Notes: generated by a model not told the origin, from the letters alone. A DNA stretch of 64,000 nt from an uncultured Fidelibacterota bacterium (GCA_902525615.1 CABZHT010000001.1:50813-114812); one strand, 5' to 3'. Counted from the first letter of the stretch, positions 55,491 through 64,000 are shown. A program made the numbers and translations.

Positions 55491-56471
55491 TTAATTTTTT
55501 AAATGATTAGTAAAAAAATCAGCAGCAAACTTGAAAGATTTTTCTCTAGCTACATCATTACCACCCATGATTGGTCCTCTTCCCGCACAAGTTAATAATG
55601 CCAACTTTTGCATTGATGGATTGTTGATAGGAATTTTCCAGAATTCACTAAAAAATATAGTACCTTCGTTGTTCATTGGGAAGAAGCAATCACCAAGCGT
55701 GTAGCCATGTTCTAATTTAGTTAACTCCATCTCTCTGTCAAAAGAATGATGAGCATTTTCATAAATAGTGATATCAATATTATGAGGTAATCCACTTTGA
55801 TCTATCTTATCAATGAAATTTGTACATGCGGTAGCTGGTACCCAATTATCTAATTCACCAAAAAGAATATGAATTGGTGCCTGACTAAAGATCATTGCCT
55901 CTCGTGGAAAAGGGTAAATTAGACATCCGGGATAAATTGGTAGATGTGCAGCAAACTTATATTTTCCGTTATTAATTGAATTAACTAATGGAATCCATGC
56001 AGAATATAGAGATACAGCTCCTCCTAAGCTCCATCCTGTTATTCCAGCTTTATTAATATCAATATTTGGATGTTCAGACAATGTTTCAAGAGCGAGGTAA
56101 CTATCAAGAATCATCATTGCAGTAGTTACTTCAACTTGACTTCCAACCGTTGTATCAATATCTCTGCTATCAAAACTATGTAATTGGAATGTTGCAAAAC
56201 CCAATTCATTATACATTTCTAAATATTTTAAATGATGGGGACCCCAATTCAGACTTCCTGCTACTCCAATAATAATTGGATATTTACTTTCTTTGTCAAA
56301 ATTATCAGGAAAAGTTAAAATTCCAAAAATTGTCTGTTTTTCTTGATTATCAAGATCAGTAATTATTTCTTCAAAAGAAAATGGATTTCTGCTCTCAAAA
56401 ATAATGGTTTCATTTAACGCTTCCTGGGCTATAATCTGAGAAAAAATTAATACTAGTAATATTTCTTTCAT
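55491..56471 (-). CDS. Secreted alpha/beta hydrolase (dienelactone hydrolase-like)
   Basis: 326 aa with signal peptide. Nucleophile elbow GWSLGG. Downstream Asp/His candidates (ELDNW, AHHSF). Confidence 0.7.
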   Translation of the reverse strand: MKEILLVLIFSQIIAQEALNETIIFESRNPFSFEEIITDLDNQEKQTIFGILTFPDNFDKESKYPIIIGVAGSLNWGPHHLKYLEMYNELGFATFQLHSFDSRDIDTTVGSQVEVTTAMMILDSYLALETLSEHPNIDINKAGITGWSLGGAVSLYSAWIPLVNSINNGKYKFAAHLPIYPGCLIYPFPREAMIFSQAPIHILFGELDNWVPATACTNFIDKIDQSGLPHNIDITIYENAHHSFDREMELTKLEHGYTLGDCFFPMNNEGTIFFSEFWKIPINNPSMQKLALLTCAGRGPIMGGNDVAREKSFKFAADFFTNHLKN

Positions 56472-56968
56472 GATTTCTCCAATAATTGTAAATACGATTT
56501 AAATAGTAATCCACCTCCACCACTATAACCTACAAGCTCTCCATTACTTCCAACGATTCTATGACAAGGAATAATAATAGGTATTTTATTGGATCCGCTT
56601 ACTCTGCCGACTGCTCTAGCAGATTTAGGCTCTTTAATTTTTTCAGCAACCTGCTTATAACTTTTTGTTTTTCCGTATGGAATTTTGGACATTTCTGTAA
56701 AAACTTTTAATGAAAACTCTGAACCTTCAATGAGAACTGGAATATCAAATTTTTTCAGCTTTCTAGCAAAATAAGCATTCAATTGATTTTGGACCTCTTT
56801 AGCAAATTTTGAAGGACTATTTTTATTGATTTTTAAAGATAATTGCCTTTCCATTAAATCATTTTTATTCTCTGAAAATGATAAGTCAAACAGCTTATTG
56901 TCATTAAATAGAATTCGAAAATAAAAATGGAAATTATTGACCTGGAATATTTTTTGATTCATGACCAA
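56468..56968 (-). CDS. ogt: Methylated-DNA--protein-cysteine methyltransferase
   Basis: 166 aa. Active-site IPCHRIV and YSGG motifs. Confidence 0.9.
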   Translation of the reverse strand: MVMNQKIFQVNNFHFYFRILFNDNKLFDLSFSENKNDLMERQLSLKINKNSPSKFAKEVQNQLNAYFARKLKKFDIPVLIEGSEFSLKVFTEMSKIPYGKTKSYKQVAEKIKEPKSARAVGRVSGSNKIPIIIPCHRIVGSNGELVGYSGGGGLLFKSYLQLLEKS

Positions 56969-57288
56969 AAATTAATATCATCATGGATTTGTACTGTTTG
57001 GACTCTCATTTTTTTGTACCACTGTTTTCCGTGTTTCTTTGCTTCGATGTGTAAAAAATTTTTCCTCCAAATATCTATGCTTTCTAAATCTTTCCAATAT
57101 GATATGAATGTGTTCTCATTTCCATCACCAAATTTATCATAACCTAGATACCCAGGAATATCTACCACTGCATCAATAGTTTTTTGATCCATATCAGCAT
57201 AACCTTCTAAATCATTACTAAGTTGATATGAGAATATAACAGCATAACAACCTTTAACATTTTTTGGAATTTTATGGATTTTTTCCAT
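56959..57288 (-). CDS. Antibiotic-biosynthesis-monooxygenase (ABM/Dabb) domain protein
   Basis: 109 aa. Ferredoxin-like ABM pattern (YAVIFSYQL...PGYLGY...FISYWKDLESIDIWRKN..H). Confidence 0.6.
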   Translation of the reverse strand: MEKIHKIPKNVKGCYAVIFSYQLSNDLEGYADMDQKTIDAVVDIPGYLGYDKFGDGNENTFISYWKDLESIDIWRKNFLHIEAKKHGKQWYKKMRVQTVQIHDDINFWS

Positions 57289-57328
57289 TAAGCCTTACTT
57301 ATAGTTGAAATTCATATAAATGAACAAA

Positions 57329-57439
57329 TTAGTATCTTAAAATAAATCTGCTGCCACATTTAGTGCATTTTGCAAGAAAACTAATATACTCATACCACTT
57401 GGTTCTTACCCAAGTATGCTTGCATTTTAAACATTTCAT
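57329..57439 (-). CDS. Unannotated 36-aa zinc-ribbon protein: MKCLKCKHTWVRTKWYEYISFLAKCTKCGSRFILRY
   Basis: Not in ORF track. Manual reverse translation. Two CxxC pairs (C3/C6 and C25/C28). 40 nt upstream of and co-oriented with the ABM-ogt-hydrolase genes. Confidence 0.5.
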   Translation of the reverse strand: MKCLKCKHTWVRTKWYEYISFLAKCTKCGSRFILRY

Positions 57440-57492
57440 AGTTCTCAAAATTTAAGTATTTTCTTTAAAAAAACTATACAATATCAAAGATA

Positions 57493-58125
57493 ATGAACTC
57501 TAAAATACTAAAAATTATTATTGCTGGAATGGCCATTTGTATCATCTTTTTATCGTACAAATTCAATGATGTAAATAAAGACTTAAAAAAATATAAAGAA
57601 CGCTATAAAGAACTATCAATTTTGTATTTAAATGAAGTGATTGAAGCTCCTAAACTTGAAGCGCCATCAGCTGAAGATATGAAAGTTACAACAATAGATT
57701 TTGATAGTAATATGCTACAATTCTCCGATCTTGAAAATAATATTTTCACTATTCAAGATTTTAAGGGGAAAAATCTTTTTATCAACTATTGGGCAACTTG
57801 GTGTAATCCTTGTTTAGCTGAAATGCCTTATATGGCTGAGCTGTATGAAAAATACAAAAATGAAAAAGATATTATTTTTTTATACTTATCTAGAGAAAAA
57901 TTAGATACAATAAAAAATTATATACCAAAAGATGAAAGTCTTCAAAAACTGCCAATTTACAAGATTATCACAGATGATGAATTCTTTGCAACCTCAGGTA
58001 TTCCAACTACCTTCATTGTTAACGCAGATGGAGAAGTTATTGTAAAGGATCTTGGAAGTGCTTTTTGGAATGACGAATCTGTCTTCAAATTCATTGATAA
58101 TCTAATTGGTAAAAATGAAATCTAA
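57493..58125 (+). CDS. Membrane-anchored TlpA/ResA-like thiol:disulfide oxidoreductase (thioredoxin fold)
   Basis: 210 aa. N-terminal TM (ILKIIIAGMAICIIFLSY). WCNPC active site in YWATWCNPCLAEMP. Confidence 0.85.
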   Translation: MNSKILKIIIAGMAICIIFLSYKFNDVNKDLKKYKERYKELSILYLNEVIEAPKLEAPSAEDMKVTTIDFDSNMLQFSDLENNIFTIQDFKGKNLFINYWATWCNPCLAEMPYMAELYEKYKNEKDIIFLYLSREKLDTIKNYIPKDESLQKLPIYKIITDDEFFATSGIPTTFIVNADGEVIVKDLGSAFWNDESVFKFIDNLIGKNEI

Positions 58126-59707
58126 TATTTCAATTATCACAGATGATCACTTTCCGTACCTTGGCAATGGAATTCAATTTAATGAACATTTATTTGGGTT
58201 AGAGTTTGATGCAAACTTAATTCAACAAACATCAGAATTGATATGGCAACCTAATTCCACCTTACCATACTCGACCCTTAAAAAACTTCCAGCTCCTTAT
58301 AACATATTATCAGATATTGCGCTTGAAATGACCGTACACAACAATTCAAAAACAGGTTTAATTGGACAGAATGCGCTTTTTGATGAAGTAAAATTAATTG
58401 ATGATAGATTAATGGATAAATTTATTTTTGATGTACAAAATCATATTGCTTATCCAACAAAAGAATCAGCTGAATTAATCGCCAATGTTAGGTGTTGGTC
58501 TTCATGGTTAGCTAATGGAATTAAAATTGAGCCAATCTTTAACGGAAAAAAGAAAGCATGTTCATTCATTCCATGGCCACTATCAGGATTGCTTTTACTA
58601 TCTTCAAGAATTACAGGTCAACAACCTGAATTTGAGTATGCTGCAGATTATGTATTGCGTTCTGGAATTCTTCCAGATCAAGAATTAGATAATTATGATG
58701 ATTTAATTAAAAATATAGATTATATAAGATCAATTAAGCCTTTAGTTGCTTTTCACGATTTTGATGGAAACGAGCAAGGATTTAGAATGACCCACCTTGC
58801 TATGGAAAGAACATCTAATATGTTAATTGAAAATGCTCTTTTAGCAGTTGAGGGAAATGATATTAAGGAAAATCTTGAAAAAATTGAATTGGCTACAATG
58901 CAGTCTAATCAATTATTTAATACGATGTGGAAAGTAAGTGAACCATTGCTCTACAACAAAGAAGTAAGGATTTTTATTCAAGGCCTGTTTGGAAATCAAG
59001 GAAGTATCTATCCTGAAGAGGGTTTATTTTTTGAAAATTGTGGAGATATATTTAACGAAAATTATGACTCTAAAGGTTGCTATTTATCAAATTTACATGG
59101 CCAAACCGGTGCAAACAGCTCATATCATCCCATCGCAGATGAAATTACTGGCGTTGGTAATCATACTCACGCATATATCGCAGATGAAATAGTTGATAAA
59201 TCTATGATCAAAGGAGTTTTAGAGAAAGGATATGTAAGCTCTGACGATTTACCAAAAAATGTTGAAGTTGATTCACTAACAAAATTACTAAAATCATTTA
59301 GAGTTGGATACAGACCTCCTGCGCATCATGCCATGATTGTTAAAACAAGAAATATTATTCAAAACTCAAATTATTTTTCAAAGATCGAATCTAGTAATGA
59401 TAATAAAAAAATCTTAGCTAGTGCAGTACGATGGATTATTCAACATCGAATAGATCATTATAAAATGGTTGTTAGCTATATTCTACGAGCACCTGACCCT
59501 TACCAAAATCAAACTAAAGCTAAGGGCACTGGAGGATCTCCAACGCCCACTTTCCTTCCAAAAATGTTTACTCACAGCATAGATAGATTACAGAGTTTGG
59601 TAGAAAATGAAAATTTATCATGGGCAGATAAGCTTATTAATATTACGTCAAATCATAAAACTGCAATGCAACAATTCCAAAAAATTGCAATGCAATCTGA
59701 AAATTAA
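58106..59707 (+). CDS. Indoleamine 2,3-dioxygenase (IDO)-family heme dioxygenase-like protein
   Basis: 533 aa (alternative start at 58115). Four collinear blocks match human IDO1 as I recall it: EVRIFIQG (LRIYLSGW), GQTGANSS (GGSAGQSS), YRPPAHHAMI (YMPPAHRNFL), and HRIDHYKMVVSYIL + KAKGTGGS (LRSYHLQIVTKYIL + EAKGTGGT). Candidate proximal His codon at 59456-59458. Confidence 0.65.
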   Translation: MVKMKSNISIITDDHFPYLGNGIQFNEHLFGLEFDANLIQQTSELIWQPNSTLPYSTLKKLPAPYNILSDIALEMTVHNNSKTGLIGQNALFDEVKLIDDRLMDKFIFDVQNHIAYPTKESAELIANVRCWSSWLANGIKIEPIFNGKKKACSFIPWPLSGLLLLSSRITGQQPEFEYAADYVLRSGILPDQELDNYDDLIKNIDYIRSIKPLVAFHDFDGNEQGFRMTHLAMERTSNMLIENALLAVEGNDIKENLEKIELATMQSNQLFNTMWKVSEPLLYNKEVRIFIQGLFGNQGSIYPEEGLFFENCGDIFNENYDSKGCYLSNLHGQTGANSSYHPIADEITGVGNHTHAYIADEIVDKSMIKGVLEKGYVSSDDLPKNVEVDSLTKLLKSFRVGYRPPAHHAMIVKTRNIIQNSNYFSKIESSNDNKKILASAVRWIIQHRIDHYKMVVSYILRAPDPYQNQTKAKGTGGSPTPTFLPKMFTHSIDRLQSLVENENLSWADKLINITSNHKTAMQQFQKIAMQSEN

Positions 59708-61941
59708 AAATTATCTGTTACTAAATGCTCTGTGAAGAAATCAGCCATCTTCTTATAAAGATGGTATCTATTCTTCCATCCATCAGCTGGATAATCTTCG
59801 CTTAAAAAATTGTTATTAGACATTCCATGGTTAGCATTTGAATAAATGAACATCTCCATATCTTTTCCATGTTCTGCATACGCTTTAGCAAGCTTTATTG
59901 AATGCTGATGATGAACATTATCATCTGCATTTCCATGTATTTGGAGTAGATGTCCTTTAGCTTTATCTACGTGTGTAAGTACTGAGGCATTTTTATATCC
60001 TTCTGGATTTTCTTCAACTAACCCCATATATCTTTCTGTCCAAATAGTATCATACAGTAACGGCTCTACATTTGGAGCAATAGATATACCAGCTTTAAAA
60101 TAATCGCTGGCTAAAGTCATACACATGTTAGTCAAATAACCGCCGCCACTCCAGCCCCATATTCCGATGTTATCTCCGTCAACATAAGTCAGACCTTGTA
60201 AATATTTTGCTGCTTCAATATGATCCTTAACAAGATATTTACCATAATCACCATAAGCTAAATCTTTGAATGCTTTTCCTCTTCCACCAGTACCTCTATT
60301 ATCAAATGAAAAAATGATAAAATCTCTACTTGCAAAATATTGATGTAAAGTGTGACTTCCTGCGCCCCATCTGTTGATAACTAGTTGTGACCCAGGACCG
60401 CCATAATTATAAAGAATAACAGGATATTGTTTCATTGGATCAAAATTATGAGGATATGTAATTAAAGCATTAAGCCTTGTGCCTTCATCTGTGAAAATAT
60501 TTATTAGTTGAGGATAGGTTAGATTATATGCATCAAATTTAGACTTATCTGTTTCTCTGAGAGTTCTAACAATCTTTCCATTATCTTCTCTTATGAGTGT
60601 TTTTGGGGGAACTGTAAAACTTGAATATGTATTGATAAAATAATTTAATGTTGGTGAAAAAGAAGATGAGTGGGATCCTTTTTCTTTGGTAAGTCTTTTA
60701 AGTCTGGAACCATTGAATTTAATTGAGTAAAGATGATTTTCTGTTTCAGTCTCTTTCTTAGCTGAGAAATAAATCATTTCATTTTTGTAATCAATTGCAC
60801 TTATGTTATTTACCTCCCAATCTCCTCTTGTAACTTGGTTTATTGGTCTTCCATCAGGTCTGTTTCTATAAATATGACTGAATCCATCTTTCTCAGAAAG
60901 CCAGATGATTTCTTCATTATCCATAATCGCAAAACTAAAACCTCCCTTAGTAGTCCATGTACCAATTTCACCTGGAACAATAAAAGGATCTCTATCAATC
61001 CAAGTATCATTTGAGTCATTTAGAATTAGGTCAGCTCCGTTTGTATCGAAATCATATTTGTATAAATTCCAATCATTTTGCTTCCTATTTAATGTAGAAA
61101 AATAAAGATTAGAAGAATTAGTTTGCCAAATAATGTCAGGAATATAATATGCAGTATCTGGCAAGTTAACTGATCTATATTCTTTATGTTTCAAATCTAA
61201 TATACTAATTGAAACAATAGGATTATCTTCTCCAGTTTTTGGATACCTTATGTACTTAACAACTGGATATTGTGATTCATAATCAACCAACGCATACTCT
61301 TTAACATATGTCTGGTCTTCTCTTATAAACGCAATGTAATCACTATTAGGACTCCACTTATATGAATCATAAGTACCAAACTCTTCCTCATAAACCCATC
61401 CAAAATGCCCGTTAAGAATATTCTTGCTCCCATCAAAAGTAAGCTGTTCTTCAAGCTCATCAGTTAAATCGAAAAGGTATAAATTATTATCATTTCGAAC
61501 GAATGCGAGTTTGTTGGAATCTGGAGAAAATTTTACATTTCTTAAACTATCAGGATCACTGGTGACAGGCGTTAAAGATTCTGATGATATATCGTACACA
61601 TAATATGAACCATAAGAAGAATGTCTCCATATTTTTACTGAATTCTTTTTCAAAAGCAACTTTGTTTGATCTGGACTAAATGAATACGAAAAATTGCTAA
61701 TGATATCTTTTTTAACTGTAAAGGCTTTTAAGGTGTCATTTGAAGCAAGAATATATTCATAAAATTCTAACCCTTCATCACTTCTTTGCGAAAAATAATA
61801 TGAATCAGAACTATTCTTCCAATCATATCTTCCAATTGATTCGGTTCTAAATGTGCCATCAAGTACATTTTCTAAAGATATTTTTTCTTTAGAAAAAAGC
61901 AGACCGAATATTAAAACAATAGTTAAGTATTTATATTTCAT
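59704..61941 (-). CDS. Dipeptidyl-peptidase IV (S9B prolyl oligopeptidase family)
   Basis: 745 aa with signal peptide. DPP-IV N-terminal propeller region. Catalytic GWSGGG, with downstream D and H (HGNADDNVH, NANHG). Confidence 0.9.
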   Translation of the reverse strand: MKYKYLTIVLIFGLLFSKEKISLENVLDGTFRTESIGRYDWKNSSDSYYFSQRSDEGLEFYEYILASNDTLKAFTVKKDIISNFSYSFSPDQTKLLLKKNSVKIWRHSSYGSYYVYDISSESLTPVTSDPDSLRNVKFSPDSNKLAFVRNDNNLYLFDLTDELEEQLTFDGSKNILNGHFGWVYEEEFGTYDSYKWSPNSDYIAFIREDQTYVKEYALVDYESQYPVVKYIRYPKTGEDNPIVSISILDLKHKEYRSVNLPDTAYYIPDIIWQTNSSNLYFSTLNRKQNDWNLYKYDFDTNGADLILNDSNDTWIDRDPFIVPGEIGTWTTKGGFSFAIMDNEEIIWLSEKDGFSHIYRNRPDGRPINQVTRGDWEVNNISAIDYKNEMIYFSAKKETETENHLYSIKFNGSRLKRLTKEKGSHSSSFSPTLNYFINTYSSFTVPPKTLIREDNGKIVRTLRETDKSKFDAYNLTYPQLINIFTDEGTRLNALITYPHNFDPMKQYPVILYNYGGPGSQLVINRWGAGSHTLHQYFASRDFIIFSFDNRGTGGRGKAFKDLAYGDYGKYLVKDHIEAAKYLQGLTYVDGDNIGIWGWSGGGYLTNMCMTLASDYFKAGISIAPNVEPLLYDTIWTERYMGLVEENPEGYKNASVLTHVDKAKGHLLQIHGNADDNVHHQHSIKLAKAYAEHGKDMEMFIYSNANHGMSNNNFLSEDYPADGWKNRYHLYKKMADFFTEHLVTDNF

Positions 61942-61984
61942 ATTTTGTGAATATATAGATTTTTAATGAAAATAATCTAATAGT

Positions 61985-63712
61985 TTATGGAATAAACCAA
62001 CCCATAGAGTCATAAACTATTCCAACCGAGACGAATCCTTGGATAGCAAAAAGTACTCCAGTTAGTACTAAGCCCAACACTGAACCCATAACACCATTGT
62101 TTGCAGCATAACCAAAAATAGTTGTTGGTTTATAAATCAACTCTTTATAATTGATTGATTCATCTACTTGCTGTAATAAGGCTTTTGCACTCGATAAATC
62201 GTTAATTCTTTCCTCAGCTTTGCCAGCAAGCTTGAGCTCCCAAATTTCTTCTTCAATAATGAAAAGTTCATTTCTGATAAAATCCCTATGCTTTGCGCTA
62301 AGAGATTGTAGTTGAATGGCTTTTGAAATTGCAAATAAGCAAATAACTGAAACAGCAACAATTACTGTTCCAATTAAAAACACGGTGGAAATATGGTGCT
62401 TCATACCTGTCCATACTATCAGATTTAATATTCCAACACATAACAAGGAATAAAAAATTAAAATTGAGGTATAACCCTGAATTCGTAGATAGTATGTTTC
62501 ACCAAATGATCGTAAAACATTTCTCATATTCATCCAAGCAAACACATTGACTCTTTTTTGTAAATCGACAAAGATTCTATCTTCTTTTTTATCTTTATAA
62601 AAACTTTTAAAAATTGAAGAAAGTTTTAAACCAGGGTAAGATACAAGCTCCCCTAATTTCTTGGATGTAGCATATCTTCTCTCATAGTCTGCTGCACAAA
62701 CCATTCCAAACATCATAAGTTGAAATCCATTGAAAAGTCCAAGAAGAGTTGCTACAGAAATAATCTTTTCTTGAGGAGTAACTCCAAACAAGTCCATTCC
62801 ATAAAAATATTTTGACAAGAATGCTGCTGCAGGTAATAATAACATACATAAATATGTCAACTGCTGCATATATTTGAGCGCAGGTAACTTATAAACTGAA
62901 TTAATTATGTTGTAAAGAATAAACCCTGAAGGAAGTTCATTTTCTTTTGTTGAGCTTGTAGAAGATGGAAATAGTTCATTGTTAGACTCATTAATTAATT
63001 TATTTCTTGTTTCTTTGCATGGTTCAAATGGAATTCCTTGTAAACAAATATCATTTTCATCCATAGCAATAGTTAATTCATCTTCAATTAATCCTGGAAA
63101 CTCCCAAGGGCGCATCCATCCTTGAGCAATTAATCTTCTGACAGTTTTATTATCATCCCAATCTGGAGCTGGTAAGCATAAGCGCTCTAAATCCTCTGGT
63201 CTAAAATATCCATATTTAGTAGCAATGATTAGTCTTCTAAAAAATAAGAGCAAGTAAGCTAAAATCATGTGAAATGGATCAATATTGAGAATCAGCTCCT
63301 TATCTGAAAAAAGTGCTAAAAATAGCCCAATATTCATTAACCATGATGCGGGATAAATAATCAACCAATTATTACGAATTGTTGCTAAAGAATGGTGTTT
63401 TGTAGATATTGCAATTAACTGTCTATTTTGAGAAACGTGCCATGCCCTTGATAAAGAGCCTTCTAGAAATATTGCGGCTATTGGCGAAAAAATGACTGGA
63501 GGTAAATTTTCATATATAAAGGATTTCCAAAATGCTTTCCATGAAAAGCTAACTGGAGAATGAAATCTATCAACTGTTTTATCTTTTGACGCACTTCTTA
63601 ATTTTGCAGCTTGATATGGTGAATCTATGCCTGATATAAATTTTTCGTCGTCTTGATTAGTAGGCTTTCTTAAACTTAAAAAAGATTGAATTTTCTGAAT
63701 TGTTTTGCTCAT
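61985..63712 (-). CDS. Large polytopic membrane protein of unknown function
   Basis: 575 aa with about 8 hydrophobic segments. A ~90-aa soluble loop (PEDLERLCLPAPDWDD...). C-terminal coiled-coil-like stretch (EEEIWELKLAGKAEERINDL) before the last TM. No family recognised with confidence. Confidence 0.5.
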   Translation of the reverse strand: MSKTIQKIQSFLSLRKPTNQDDEKFISGIDSPYQAAKLRSASKDKTVDRFHSPVSFSWKAFWKSFIYENLPPVIFSPIAAIFLEGSLSRAWHVSQNRQLIAISTKHHSLATIRNNWLIIYPASWLMNIGLFLALFSDKELILNIDPFHMILAYLLLFFRRLIIATKYGYFRPEDLERLCLPAPDWDDNKTVRRLIAQGWMRPWEFPGLIEDELTIAMDENDICLQGIPFEPCKETRNKLINESNNELFPSSTSSTKENELPSGFILYNIINSVYKLPALKYMQQLTYLCMLLLPAAAFLSKYFYGMDLFGVTPQEKIISVATLLGLFNGFQLMMFGMVCAADYERRYATSKKLGELVSYPGLKLSSIFKSFYKDKKEDRIFVDLQKRVNVFAWMNMRNVLRSFGETYYLRIQGYTSILIFYSLLCVGILNLIVWTGMKHHISTVFLIGTVIVAVSVICLFAISKAIQLQSLSAKHRDFIRNELFIIEEEIWELKLAGKAEERINDLSSAKALLQQVDESINYKELIYKPTTIFGYAANNGVMGSVLGLVLTGVLFAIQGFVSVGIVYDSMGWFIP

Positions 63713-63811
63713 GATTTAGTAAATAATTTAATTATAAGTATTTTTCTAAATTCAATCATCAATTTTTTAATAGATTTGCATAAACATAGATGCTGTTTTA
63801 AATTCGCATCC

Positions 63812-64000
63812 ATGGGATTAATTACTAAAATGAGAAGTCAAATGCAAGTGGTCATGTGGACTATACTTGTATTATTTGTAACGAGTATGGCTATTGGTGG
63901 ACTTGTTGGCGGAGCGAGTATAACAGATATCTTTGGTCAAAGACAAATAAATGAAATTGGATCGGTCAATAATAATCCTATATTATTTGAAGATTTTAAT
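63812..64000 (+). CDS. PpiD/SurA-N-domain-like periplasmic chaperone, N-terminal fragment (runs off window end)
   Basis: Not in ORF track. MGLITKMRSQMQVVMWTILVLFVTSMAIGGLVGG... is a short cytoplasmic N-terminus plus a single TM, as in PpiD-type proteins. Open to the window edge. Confidence 0.45.
   Translation, partial: MGLITKMRSQMQVVMWTILVLFVTSMAIGGLVGGASITDIFGQRQINEIGSVNNNPILFEDFN

Noticed and set aside
1-64000. Scanned for CRISPR arrays, rRNA, IS elements, transposase ORFs and toxin-antitoxin pairs.
   Set aside because: No regularly spaced direct repeats, no transposase or RT-like ORFs, and no small paired ORFs typical of TA systems were seen. The only mobile-element trace is the integrase fragment at 26374-26856.

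Overview
The window is a 64-kb, visibly AT-rich chromosomal segment (roughly 30% GC by eye, not computed) from a Gram-negative bacterium, and it is very gene-dense. All calls rest on motif and family recognition by eye, with no searches run. The marker mix (PorV/PorQ-type barrel, GWxTD protein, BamD, TatT-type TRAP system, truncated GlgA-like gene) suggests an FCB-superphylum-like, probably marine lineage. The phylum cannot be assigned from this window, and Shine-Dalgarno sites are present. I support about 70 CDS and 2 tRNAs; all but 5 CDS are on the minus strand, and many starts and stops overlap.

In coordinate order the window contains:
- ftsEX, a CaCA antiporter, nadD and bamD.
- A TPAT-type TRAP transporter (tatT-dctP-dctQM) followed by a FadL/PorV-like barrel.
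- glyA and an envelope cluster (TPR protein, barrel, lipoprotein, truncated GlgA-like protein).
- mreBCD-mrdA-rodA.
- A tight four-gene operon of unknown function: degenerate ABC ATPase, beta-propeller, GWxTD protein, RNase H-like protein.
- trxBA, tyrS and smpB.
- A truncated integrase fragment abutting tRNA-Gly(GCC).
- Exported hydrolases (PepF, DPP-IV, penicillin-acylase family, DLH-like) and tRNA-Ala(GGC).
- A 17-gene collinear aromatic amino acid block: trpEGDCFBA, then chorismate mutase, class II DAHP synthase, aroA-E-C-K-B-Q, pheA and tyrA.
- amt-glnK, ogt, and a divergent pair encoding a TlpA-like thioredoxin and an indoleamine-2,3-dioxygenase-like protein.

Main hunt results:
1. Two architecturally matching leader-peptide attenuators that are not in the ORF track. 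One has a 19-codon Phe/Tyr-rich leader (MKNFNYYYFYF...) in front of the chorismate mutase-aro-pheA-tyrA block. The other has a 19-codon GTG-initiated W-K-W leader in front of trpE. Each has a terminator hairpin within 13-16 nt of the structural start codon and a G-rich segment at leader codons 14-16 that can sequester the terminator 5' arm.
2. A 533-aa IDO-family (heme dioxygenase) homologue whose start overlaps the 3' end of a membrane-anchored TlpA-like gene.
3. An unannotated 36-aa CxxC...CxxC zinc-ribbon ORF.
4. The TPAT operon extended by an outer-membrane barrel.
5. Several orphan or degenerate proteins: a pseudo-phosphoesterase, an ABC ATPase lacking the catalytic Glu and the H-loop His, a Cys-bracketed tandem-module lipoprotein, and a 575-aa polytopic orphan.

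No CRISPR array, rRNA, tmRNA or intact mobile element was seen.
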